Positions 10,110 through 19,770 of a DNA stretch of 64,000 bases are shown piece by piece (positions within the stretch are counted from its first letter, which is position 1; each line of letters opens with the position of its first letter). The translations under genes were made by a program, and so were the position numbers. The notes beneath the pieces are model-generated. The model was not told the origin of the DNA. It worked only from the letters and a program-made list of their open reading frames with translations, and searched no databases. The stretch is from sequence record MK327931.1; one strand, 5' to 3'.

Positions 10110-10580
10110 TTAAAAATCTTTATTTTTATATAGTATTCTTTGATTATTTGAACCACGGAAAGGTAATTTTAAATTCTTTTCGGACTCGATAAACTTACCA
10201 TCAACTAATACATCTAAGTACTGAAGTATATCTTTAGCATGATTTTTCATAATCTCATCTAAAGTATACCCACTCCAGCACCAAATAGTTTTACTAGGAT
10301 AAGTTTCTTTAACTACTTTGCATAGATTTAAAACTTCATCTATATTCTTTTTCATTAATGGATCGCCGCCTAGAAGTGACAAACCACTAACATATGGTTT
10401 TTTTAGTTCCTGTAGTATAATCTCAACTGTTTCAGTACTGAACTCTTGTCCACTTCGGTAGTCCCATGCTTCTTCATTGAAGCAACCATCACATCCGTGC
10501 GAACACCCACTAACAAATAAAGAGCAGCGAACGCCCTCTCCATTTACTAAATCATCCTTGATTATCGTCTGGTAATTCAT
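10110..10580 (-). CDS. nrdG: Anaerobic ribonucleotide reductase activating enzyme (radical SAM)
   Basis: DLVNGEGVRCSLFVSGCSHGCDGC (CxxxCxxC); LPFRGSNNQRI. Confidence 0.97.
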   Translation of the reverse strand: MNYQTIIKDDLVNGEGVRCSLFVSGCSHGCDGCFNEEAWDYRSGQEFSTETVEIILQELKKPYVSGLSLLGGDPLMKKNIDEVLNLCKVVKETYPSKTIWCWSGYTLDEIMKNHAKDILQYLDVLVDGKFIESEKNLKLPFRGSNNQRILYKNKDF

Positions 10581-10884
10581 CTAATATTGCACTCACTATT
10601 TCGACAAGAACATCGCCGTGACATGATTTTGGTTTACAGAAACAACCAAGGCGTTTCCCTGCGAGTTCAAGTAATTCATCAATCTTAACTTCTCCACAAG
10701 AAATACGTTCAATAATGTATTCTCTGAATTTTTCAATTGATTCTTCTCTTGTACTAACAATGAATTCGGCTTTAGTTTGTTTATCTTTAATATGGGTAAA
10801 TGGGTTTCCCCATTTAGACCCACGTCCAATATACACATCATACGGTTCTTTGTATTTGTTAACCACAATTGGCTTTAAATCCAT
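10552..10884 (-). CDS. DUF4326-family protein
   Basis: YDVYIGRGSKWGNPF ... LAGKRLGCFCKPKSCHGDVL. Confidence 0.85.
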   Translation of the reverse strand: MDLKPIVVNKYKEPYDVYIGRGSKWGNPFTHIKDKQTKAEFIVSTREESIEKFREYIIERISCGEVKIDELLELAGKRLGCFCKPKSCHGDVLVEIVSAILDELPDDNQG

Positions 10885-10892
10885 AATTTACC

Positions 10893-12698
10893 TTATTTGT
10901 GCTGAATACGCTCACAACACTCTTGTTGTTTGCCTTTATTGAATCCACGCGAAGAAGGATTACCCAAGTAACCAGAAACACGACGAATCACTGAGATTGT
11001 CTTCTCATTACGATTATCACATACCGGACAGTGGAAACCATGTTTATCTACACTGAACTCACCCTGGAAGCCACATTCATAACAATGGTCAACTGGTTGG
11101 TTAATACCAAAATATGGTATCTTAGTGTACGCATAGTTAACTAATGTTTCAAGTGCTTGAATGTTGTTTGCTAAGTTTGGAGATTCAACATAACTGATGT
11201 TTCCACCGTTACTTAGGTAAGCAAACCCTTCTTCATAACTCCATTTATCAAATGGAGAACTTTCTACCCATACTGGTTGATGGAAGGAATTTGTGATGTA
11301 ATCACGTTTTAGTACTGAAGGATATTTTGCTTCAATGCAACGTGCAAATTTATAACAAAGCGACTCTGCTGGAGTTCCATATAGACTAAAAGCAATATTA
11401 CTTTCTTTTTTGAACTCATCACATTTTACTTTCATATAATTCAGTACTGACATACAAAACTCCTTACTGATAGAACCAGTGAGGATTTCTGAACATTCAA
11501 CAAGACCAACATAACCAATACTAATACTAGCATAACCATTGTAAAATAGCTTGTCAATGGTTTCTTCTGCACCTAAACGTGCTAATGCACCTTCCATGAA
11601 CAAAATTGGATTCTGCTTCGCTTTAGTGCCTTTTAAACGCTCCACACGGTTCATCTGAGCACGATATGCAATATTCATGTGCTCGTCTATCTTATCAAAA
11701 AACTCTCCATCAGAAGCACTCTCAAGAGCAATTAGAGGTAAATTGATAGAAACTACGCCTAAATTGAAACGACCGTTGTATTGTTCATTTCCATTTGAAT
11801 CTTCCCATTTTCCTAAGAATGAACGACAGCCCATCGGTGTTACAGCAGTACTACTACTTCCAGTCACTTTGTGATTTAATGGAACTGAAACAAAGTCTGG
11901 GTAGATTCGTTTTGATGCACAACGCATAGCTAACTGTTTAAGGTCATAATTACTATCATTGGTATTCATGTTTATACCATCTTGTAAAAAGAAAATTACT
12001 TTAGGAAACACTGGAGTAATCTTATCTTTACCTAAACCATTCTCATGAACTTTTAAGTACTGTTCAGTGATTAATTTACCAAATTTAGAAGTATTAAGCC
12101 CTAAACTAAGAGAAATGAATGCAGCTTGTCCATTAGTGCTAATCATTGAATTAGTCTGGTAAAGTAATGTTTGACATCCATCGTATACTTCTTTTCGTAA
12201 TTCTTCTTCAATGAACTCATCACTTAGATTATATTTCTTTTGTTTTTCTAACAGCTTATCCCATGACTTTTGGACGTAAGGTTCAAGACCAACGTCAATA
12301 TGAGCCAACGATTGTCCACCGTACTGGGAACTGGCAACAGCTTGGACAATTTGTGTCAGTACTGTGCAAGCTACACTGAAACTTTTTGGTTCTTCAATTT
12401 TAGCACAACCAATAGTGAAGCCGTTTTTAAGCATATCAGGATAGTTAACCAAGCAACAATTGGTCAATGGGCTAATATAGTAATCTAAATCATGAATATG
12501 ACCATATCCATCATTATGCCATTGCATTAACTCGGTGGGAATAACATCTTGTGAATAATGCTTAGATAGAATACCTGCTAGTAAATCTCTATGTGTATTG
12601 ACGCATTTTGCATCTTTATTAGCGTTTTCATTAGTAAGATCAGTATTACTCTGATTTAGGAAATTTGTTACATCGGTATATAATTTATCTAATTGCAT
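10893..12698 (-). CDS. nrdD: Anaerobic (class III) ribonucleoside-triphosphate reductase, no N-terminal ATP cone
   Basis: HIHDLDY, NCCLVN, PMGCRSFL, GRFNLGVVSINL, Zn site CYEC..CPVC, RRVSGYLG glycyl-radical motif; RBS AAGGA before MQLDK. Confidence 0.98.
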   Translation of the reverse strand: MQLDKLYTDVTNFLNQSNTDLTNENANKDAKCVNTHRDLLAGILSKHYSQDVIPTELMQWHNDGYGHIHDLDYYISPLTNCCLVNYPDMLKNGFTIGCAKIEEPKSFSVACTVLTQIVQAVASSQYGGQSLAHIDVGLEPYVQKSWDKLLEKQKKYNLSDEFIEEELRKEVYDGCQTLLYQTNSMISTNGQAAFISLSLGLNTSKFGKLITEQYLKVHENGLGKDKITPVFPKVIFFLQDGINMNTNDSNYDLKQLAMRCASKRIYPDFVSVPLNHKVTGSSSTAVTPMGCRSFLGKWEDSNGNEQYNGRFNLGVVSINLPLIALESASDGEFFDKIDEHMNIAYRAQMNRVERLKGTKAKQNPILFMEGALARLGAEETIDKLFYNGYASISIGYVGLVECSEILTGSISKEFCMSVLNYMKVKCDEFKKESNIAFSLYGTPAESLCYKFARCIEAKYPSVLKRDYITNSFHQPVWVESSPFDKWSYEEGFAYLSNGGNISYVESPNLANNIQALETLVNYAYTKIPYFGINQPVDHCYECGFQGEFSVDKHGFHCPVCDNRNEKTISVIRRVSGYLGNPSSRGFNKGKQQECCERIQHK

Positions 12699-12759
12699 TG
12701 TACATTCCTTGTATTTTGAAATCATCTGGGGGTGAAGATATTTAATATCACCAGACAAC

Positions 12760-12801
12760 ATTATAGCGTCAGAACAGGTTATTTCTCTTGACCTATATCA
12801 A
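12760..12801 (-). promoter_or_regulatory. FNR-dependent class II promoter (FNR box TTGAT-ATAG-GTCAA at 12788-12801; -10 TATAAT at 12760-12765)
   Basis: 9/10 match to TTGAT-N4-ATCAA, centred ~41.5 nt upstream of the predicted start; no recognisable -35. Confidence 0.7.
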
Positions 12802-12836
12802 GGAAAAGTCACATTGCTTTTTATTTGCACAAATAG

Positions 12837-12860
12837 AAAAAGCACCACAAGGGTGCTTTT
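12837..12860 (-). terminator. Intrinsic terminator insulating nrdDG from upstream genes
   Basis: AAAAGCACC/GGTGCTTTT. Confidence 0.8.
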
Positions 12861-12975
12861 AAAGTACTGCTAATATAACAACTGCCCAAATTAGCAGTAA
12901 TACATTGGTTGGTGCGGAAAAAAGCATATATGCAGCAAGTGCACTGCAACCTATGACAAGTTTAGCTAGTCTCAT
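12859..12975 (-). CDS. Small membrane protein (38 aa, not in ORF track)
   Basis: MRLAKLVIGCSALAAYMLFSAPTNVLLLIWAVVILAVL; tiles between neighbours. Confidence 0.55.
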   Translation of the reverse strand: MRLAKLVIGCSALAAYMLFSAPTNVLLLIWAVVILAVL

Positions 12976-13776
12976 CTGGACTCCATGTAATAGTTACTGT
13001 GAACGTCCCTTCTTGAAAACCAAACTCATCTTGTGGGATTTGTTCAGCTAATGGGTTAAATCTTGAATCGAAGGCTTCATGCACATCTCTCTGAATATCA
13101 TAGAGACTTTCACCATCGTATTCTTTTTTAAAGATTTCATTCTGCATTGATACGTAACGACCCTCGTATTCTGTCTGGATAGCCATCAAATAGTTCAATA
13201 AGTTGGTTTAACGCATAAGAACTGAAGAATGGATTATTCTTTGCAATTTCTATTCGTTTTTCAATATCCATTAATATAATCTCTGGTCTACTGAAATTAC
13301 CTTTACGTCTATATGTTAGTAAACGCTCTTTGTGTCCGTTGAACTGAAATTCAAAATATGTTGATGATGTATAATCACTTCCATCAGGAATCGGAATTGA
13401 GAAATCAACATTGTACTTATAACCAAATGCAAAAAAATAACCACCATCTTCGAACGGTATAGTTGTATCATTTAGGTGGAAATCTATTTCATCTCCTAAT
13501 ATATCAAATATCTTGGTACTTAGAGACATAAAATCATCGGCTAACATTTTTTTTACCTTATTTTATAACTCGACAGTAGTACTGAATAATGTAAGGAAAT
13601 AATGGATTATTCACGTATGTAGCGAAATTAGCTATTGTAACTTTTTTATAGTACGAATTATGAATTGTTATAAGAGTGTGGGGATCTATTGATTCTCTAT
13701 TAGAGAGTTCAACATAACGCCCACACTTCATATAAGCCTTACCATAATAATCGTAAATTATGTCATATTTTTCCAT
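12962..13776 (-). other. Three hypothetical CDS (12962..13198, 13137..13547, 13558..13776)
   Basis: Tightly tiled minus-strand ORFs with no recognisable motif. Confidence 0.6.
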
Positions 13777-14136
13777 TTATTCTGGATCTTTGTTTTTATC
13801 AACTGTGTTGTTTTTATTTAAATCAATTTGTAAAGCCATTGCAGCTTCAGCATTTTCTTCATGTGTGCCATTGAATTTATACCCATTCTTAATGAGATTC
13901 ACTGTGTAGTACTTATTGTAAAGAAATGCCCACACGACCATTGCAATTGTACCCACAATCCAAAATGACACTGCGTTGAGGATGAAGTAAATTACAAATG
14001 CACCGATGAACGTAATAAAGTCACCACGAAACAATGCAGGGAATGGTCCAAAGAATAGTGTTGTCCATGAGAATCCAAAGAAACCATCTTTGCGTTGTCC
14101 TACATTTTCATTTTTTAAAGAAATAGTTTTAGCCAT
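13777..14136 (-). CDS. Membrane protein, DUF2628/HrgC-like
   Basis: GFSWTTLFFGPFPALFRGD; YNKYYTVNLIKNGYK. Confidence 0.7.
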   Translation of the reverse strand: MAKTISLKNENVGQRKDGFFGFSWTTLFFGPFPALFRGDFITFIGAFVIYFILNAVSFWIVGTIAMVVWAFLYNKYYTVNLIKNGYKFNGTHEENAEAAMALQIDLNKNNTVDKNKDPE

Positions 14137-14366
14137 TTTAATCTCCTACTTATTATTTGGGTTTGGTATACAGTACACATATACTAGATTACTAAAGTGT
14201 TCAGTACTGGAATATTTTGCTAACTCAGTAATGTGAAAGTTCTTGTCATAAAACCTTCCACTATTGAATGTTGTTATTTGGCAACAATGTATAGGTCTGA
14301 AAATATAATAATAAAATATATCATTTTCAACTACAACAGTATGGTTTGTATAACGCTCGATTTTCT

Positions 14367-14735
14367 TCATGTGTGGATAATTTCCTTAACCCCGTATTCC
14401 ATAATTGCTAATGTGCAAATTTCACATGGTTTGGCAGGTACAGGAATTCCATCTTTACTTATCCGTGCAATCAGTAAAGTATGAACATCAGCACGAGCAG
14501 CCAGTAAACATGAAATTTCAGCATGAAGAAACTCACCTTGCGGTCGCCCAGCACGAATGGCGAAACCCTTCTGTACTGGGTGAGTCTGTGTATAAGAATT
14601 TGTGCGAGTTGCCAGTACTCGACCTTTTTTATCCAGTGCACGAGCAATCACACGATACCGCTTGTAGTTCCCTACTTGCTCAATAGGTGGCATCCGGCGT
14701 AATTCTTCAACAAGTTTCTCCAATTTACTATTCAT
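14367..14735 (-). CDS. Zinc-dependent cytidine/dCMP-deaminase-fold protein
   Basis: LHAEISCL ... AKPCEIC (HxE + PCxxC). Confidence 0.85.
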   Translation of the reverse strand: MNSKLEKLVEELRRMPPIEQVGNYKRYRVIARALDKKGRVLATRTNSYTQTHPVQKGFAIRAGRPQGEFLHAEISCLLAARADVHTLLIARISKDGIPVPAKPCEICTLAIMEYGVKEIIHT

Positions 14736-16541
14736 AAGTCTAAGTCTATACCCTTTTCAAGTGATTTTTCTAGAACCCAAAGTTTACATTCTTCACTCTC
14801 CAAATGTATCTTTGCCTCTTGCTGTTCTCCTATTGTACAAGACTTTATGAATGCACGCAAGGCTTGGATTGTATTTTTTAAATTTTTTATGTCATCGATG
14901 ATTTTTTCTTTGGTTTCTTCATCGATTACACATGAACTCCAACTGTGTCGTTCCTCCCAAACTGTTTTAGCGGGATTATATATTGATTGTGATGCATTGA
15001 ATGAATGTATTTTATGAAATTTATCATCTGCTTCCTGTTGGGTATAATCCCCATATGTGTTCAGAACATTTTTGTATAATTCATCAATGGCCTCTTCATA
15101 CGTATCACCACCACAATCCAATTGATAATCATGTGCTTGTACCCATTCGTCGTCTTGCTCAATATACATTGGTGAAAGAAATTCTACCCAAAATTGAGTC
15201 TTTGTATTCAATGCTTTGAAATCTTCAATTCGATTTGTCATTGGACACACATCATGAGGTTCAATATCAATCCTAGCTGGAACCATATCTTTGTTTATGA
15301 ATTTAGGATGACCCAAAATCCACCAGTACTTTTCCGATGTAGTCATAGTAATCTCCAATTAAAAAGTACTGCACACGATGGCAGTACTGATGTTAAACGT
15401 AACGTTTCTTTTTATAATCATACCCTACTGCTTTGTAAAAGTCAAACAAAGAAGCATGTTCAAATGTAGGTAATAGATCATATGGGTGCTGATAGTTCGC
15501 AATACCAACAATAGCCATCATTGATTCAGCAGTTCTTACGTTATCACTATCCCATTCATCTAAACGCCAAAGTGAGCAAAGTACCTCTCGTTCATGTTGC
15601 TTACCCAGAAAGAATCCAGCTTCACGGTCACGAAATGCACCTACACTGACAGTACTTTTGTACCAGTCTTTTTCACCATATAATGGCATACGGATAATAT
15701 GTTTTTCTTTAGCTTCTCCAAAGCGATGAAGAAATGCTACATAATCACTCATAATTTATAACCCATTACAGGTTTGGTATGATCCGGTTCGTAAGACTTT
15801 TCAGTACTGAACCCTCTGAAATTTCCACGTCCTGGATTTGGACAAGCCATCCCTTGTATTGAATGCTTACCCTTATCTTTGCCACAATTTTTACATTTGT
15901 AGCCAATTACTTCTTTCATTGTGCATCCTTCGGAACAGTATTAAGACGTTTGCGATTCACAATCTTCCTGCACATGAGGTTAAGATCTTGCCCATGACGC
16001 ATAGTATGACATGCGTATAGTGTTCCTTGATGATTTAGTTTTGTTAAACCTTGACGGATGATTTCAGCATCCATCTCATCAACTTTAGGAGCACAACCAC
16101 AGAGAATAATGGATACAAATATTGTTAATGTAATGAATATATTTTTCATGATATTTTTTCTCATTTAGTAAAACACGAATTATTACTGATAAGTTCATCA
16201 AGTACTTTTTGTACTTCGATAGAATTAATATCAACTTTGTAATAATTATAGTTTTTAACTCTAAAATGTTCTTTTGATATATCAACTTTAAATTCAATAA
16301 TATCAAGATTACCAATAAAATCAGACTTATCAGTTCTTAAATCCAAAATACCTAATTCCGGTTTTTGTGGTTTACATAAAATCAAACCAAATTTATTTTC
16401 TTCAAATGCCTGATTAAACATATCATAATAATCACTAATAACAAATCTAATATTATCAGTGCTTAACTTTCCTGATTTTCCTTTTTTATAAACAGAAACA
16501 ATGTTTAGTTCAAAGGTTTTACCAAAGCGTGTGATTTTCAT
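14732..16541 (-). other. Hypothetical CDS run (14732..15358, 15393..15752, 15749..15919 CxxC 56 aa, 15916..16164 lipoprotein-like LCGC, 16161..16541)
   Basis: Tiled ORFs; LCGC lipobox after a hydrophobic N-terminus in 15916..16164. Confidence 0.55.
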
Positions 16542-17509
16542 TTTGGGCTATAACCACTTTTAATTTTAGAAATTACTTTCTTCTCGAAGAACTTACGTGC
16601 TTCTTCAATAGTTTCGAATTCTTCACCATCTGTAGTACTGGTTTTACCAATAGCACCGTACTCAATAATTACTTCACACACTGGAGCATTCAATTCAATA
16701 TTATAGAATTTGTTTGAAGAACCGTGAACATATTCCAAATGTACATTATCAGGAATGTTCTGTACATAATCATAGTTCTTGAAGATAATATCAATCATAT
16801 TTTCTTCGCCGCGATCAGGAAATAGTTCAGTATTATTCAGTACTAAACGCTGTGCAGCACGGAACATATCAAAATATTGTTCGCCTTTTTTCAGTTCTTT
16901 TGTATCAGAACAGAAATGACCATAGTATTCTACATAATCATTCCAAGGATAAATTCCTTCATCAGCAGTTTCAGACACGTAAGTTTCATCTTGTGGAACT
17001 TTAAAACCACGAGTTTTTGGATGAGAAATTAAGCACAGTGAAATATTATGACCGATATCTGAATCATCAGTAATACTACCACCAACCATATGAACAACAT
17101 TTTTAATACTTTCAAAATCTACATCTTCAATTTCATGATACATTAAATGTTCTTCAATATTACTTACTAGTAATGAATTACCATTTCCGGCATCGAATTC
17201 AAAAATGAAAAGTTCTACACAATCTTCTTCTTTCATTTCAATAGTATCACTGAGTTTAATATACTCATTTTTTAATTGTTCAATATTTTCATGAGAACCA
17301 AAACTATAACGTGAACTGATATAACTACTACCGTCCAACCATCCCATATCCCAAGGTTCTTCTGACATGTATTCTGAGCTATAGAAATCAGTCAAATCAT
17401 CTCTCTGAGTACAAACCGTAAGAGAACGAACATTACTAAGACCTTGAACTTCAAGATTCAGTACTGTAGTATTGCCAATTTTTTGTTCAGAAATAATTTT
17501 AGTTTTCAT
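16538..17509 (-). CDS. Protein with C-terminal WGR domain
   Basis: LEYVHGSSNKFYNIEL...VIIEYGAIGKT...EEARKFFEKKVISKIKSGY. Confidence 0.75.
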   Translation of the reverse strand: MKTKIISEQKIGNTTVLNLEVQGLSNVRSLTVCTQRDDLTDFYSSEYMSEEPWDMGWLDGSSYISSRYSFGSHENIEQLKNEYIKLSDTIEMKEEDCVELFIFEFDAGNGNSLLVSNIEEHLMYHEIEDVDFESIKNVVHMVGGSITDDSDIGHNISLCLISHPKTRGFKVPQDETYVSETADEGIYPWNDYVEYYGHFCSDTKELKKGEQYFDMFRAAQRLVLNNTELFPDRGEENMIDIIFKNYDYVQNIPDNVHLEYVHGSSNKFYNIELNAPVCEVIIEYGAIGKTSTTDGEEFETIEEARKFFEKKVISKIKSGYSPK

Positions 17510-17518
17510 TTAAAATAC

Positions 17519-17709
17519 CTATTGAATTGATTTACGCCATTTGGCTAGTTTAACATTCATGTAAGTAACTCACGTTCCATCTCTTCTGAACTCATATTAT
17601 CGCATTACAAAGCGAACATGTCAAGTGCACAAATGCAAAGATCTACAGCTTCACCTTTGACACCATCTTTACCTGCTTCTTTATATGATAACCCATCACG
17701 GATGTTCAT
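17519..17709 (-). pseudogene. Degraded MazG-like (all-alpha NTP pyrophosphohydrolase) gene remnant
   Basis: MNIRDGLSYKEAGKDGVKGEAVDLCICALDMFAL*CDNMSSEEMERELL, then shifted frame MNVKLAKWRKSIQ*. Confidence 0.5.
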
Positions 17710-17722
17710 ATTTCATATCATC

Positions 17723-19287
17723 CTACTTTTTCGATTGGAACAATGCAATCTGTACGCGTGTAATGAACTCACGCTCTACTTCTTCAGCACTGTGTCCTTC
17801 ATATTGTGTCTTGAAAAGTTCCATTGCTTTTAGTGCCATCTGTACAGAAATGTCTGTAATACTTTCAGTACTGGTACTTTCAAATACATTTTTGAGGCTT
17901 AGTTCATCATCACTAACATCATCAACTTCAACTGGGTTGTTGTTTTGTTCATCAATGTAACGTAAAGCTTTGTACTCTGCTTTTGTTAGATTTTCATACC
18001 AACGTGGGTGGTGGAACAAATCATGCATTGTAACTTTTGCTGCTTCCATGAGAAGTAATAGCTCTTCATTTCTGCGAATATGTTTTTCTTCACCTTTATG
18101 ATTTTTGTAAGTATATGCACAACGCATAATGGCTAATCGAACTTCACCTGCTTTGGTGATAGTGTATGAATGTATTGCATTATCATAATCACTTTCCCAT
18201 TTCTGACCAGCATATTCGTACCAAAGTTCATTAGTTTCCCATTTAATGAAATCAAATTCTAACAAACTGTCAATCAACTTAGCCAAATTACCACTGTACT
18301 CACGGCTAATGATATTGAAACCACCATTGTACTTTGCAAGGTACAGAATCTTTTCTTGAGTTACATTTTTCATTACATGTAATCCTTGATGTATTTTAGC
18401 AGTTTAGATTTCTCTTCGGTACTTAATGATTTCTTGTTCATTAAGTGTTTCATTTCTTGACGTTCAATTTCTTCACATCTTTTAGATTCAGCTTCAATTC
18501 GTGTATTATATTCTTCGTCAGTTTCTTCTCTGGTCCAAATTACATTGTATCCATGAAAACCGCCGTAACCACTGTCTGGTGAAAGACTAATGTGACCGTT
18601 ATATTCAGCACGATACTTATTAAGAGTGTCAATAAAGGTATCAATGCCACACGGTTCAATTTCAATATAACCAATCACTACAGTAACGTCAATTTTGTTC
18701 ATAAAGTTCACCTATAAAATTAGGGAGCATTAGCTCCCTTTGTATTGATGTTTACGTTTAGTACTGTATTTCCAGCCAGTACTATGTCTTGTTCTGATAT
18801 CGTCCCAATACGATGGTAATGAACGCATCTTACGTCTTCCACGTATATCAGGTTCCCCCTCATCCTTCAGTACTGCACAAGCCATACGACGCTCTTGTTG
18901 TGTCTTAGGACGCTTGTATCGGGAGTGGTTATGTTTGTACATATACGAACGCTTATGTCGCCATTCCGTATCACGAGCTTTACGTTTATGTTCCCAGTAC
19001 TCATTATAGAGTATCATGTATTCACCCATAAGTAAATCAGGAGATACAAGTAATCCTTTTTCAGTACAAAGATAATAACCCACAAACTTTTCTGGAAACA
19101 TTTCGTAATAGAAACGGTTCTTCCAAAATGTTTCACGATTCTTTTTGTTGAATTCAGCTAAATCGAATTTCATCTTACTGTGGAAACGGTCTATACCGTC
19201 ATGTTCCGCAATGTACTCTAACAGATTATCAATAATCTCAACTTTACCAGAATCGTGATACAACGTAAATGTTTGGTCAAAAAACAT
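17723..19287 (-). other. Hypothetical CDS (17723..18373, 18373..18711, 18730..19287)
   Basis: Tiled ORFs; 18730..19287 has a basic C-terminus RPKTQQERR...LPSYWDD. Confidence 0.6.
18717..18740 (-). terminator. Terminator-like hairpin
   Basis: AGGGAGC/GCTCCCT followed by AATTTT. Confidence 0.55.
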
Positions 19288-19383
19288 ATGAAATCTCCTT
19301 TAAGTTAAAATAACCTAATGGAAAGTCATTCTTCCTTTAATACATGTTCTCATGATTTGTTCCTTTTGTCAAGATATAGATAT

Positions 19384-19409
19384 AAAAAATCCCTGCCAAA
19401 AGACAGGGA
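19384..19409 (-). terminator. Intrinsic terminator
   Basis: TCCCTG/CAGGGA stem plus U tract. Confidence 0.6.
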
Positions 19410-19513
19410 CGAAAAACTGAAATAACACATGGAGTTCTTTTTAATTTAATAAAAAGTATTATTATTCTTATAAAAGTATTTATTAAGAACTCCACAATAT
19501 GTCTTCAAATGAA

Positions 19514-19702
19514 TCAAAAACCTTTCTGAGCTACTAGTTCACGGTACTGTGCACGAGTTAGTACACCTTGTTTGCGTAGAGCTTGAAGACCGGATAGGGT
19601 TTCACTCTTACGTTGTTCGTACATACGTTGTTCTTTAGATTGAATAACTTTCTCTTTCTTAACTTTTGCTACTGGTTCTTTTTTCTTAGGTTGTTTAGCC
19701 AT
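19514..19702 (-). CDS. Small basic protein
   Basis: RBS AAGGAG; K/R-rich 62 aa. Confidence 0.65.
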   Translation of the reverse strand: MAKQPKKKEPVAKVKKEKVIQSKEQRMYEQRKSETLSGLQALRKQGVLTRAQYRELVAQKGF

Positions 19703-19733
19703 TTTATATCTCCTTCTGTATTATGATAACAAC

Positions 19734-19767
19734 ATTATATCATGTATGGGACATAATGTCCCATACA
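19734..19767 (-). promoter_or_regulatory. Extended -10 promoter GGGACA-17-TATAAT overlapped by a 10-bp inverted repeat
   Basis: TGATATAAT; TGTATGGGAC...GTCCCATACA palindrome at 19743-19767. Confidence 0.55.
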
Positions 19768-19770
19768 ATA

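Noticed and set aside
12755-12771. NrdR box over the nrdD -10
   Set aside because: ACGCTATAATGTTGTC deviates at several core positions and spacing of the 16-bp consensus; no second box
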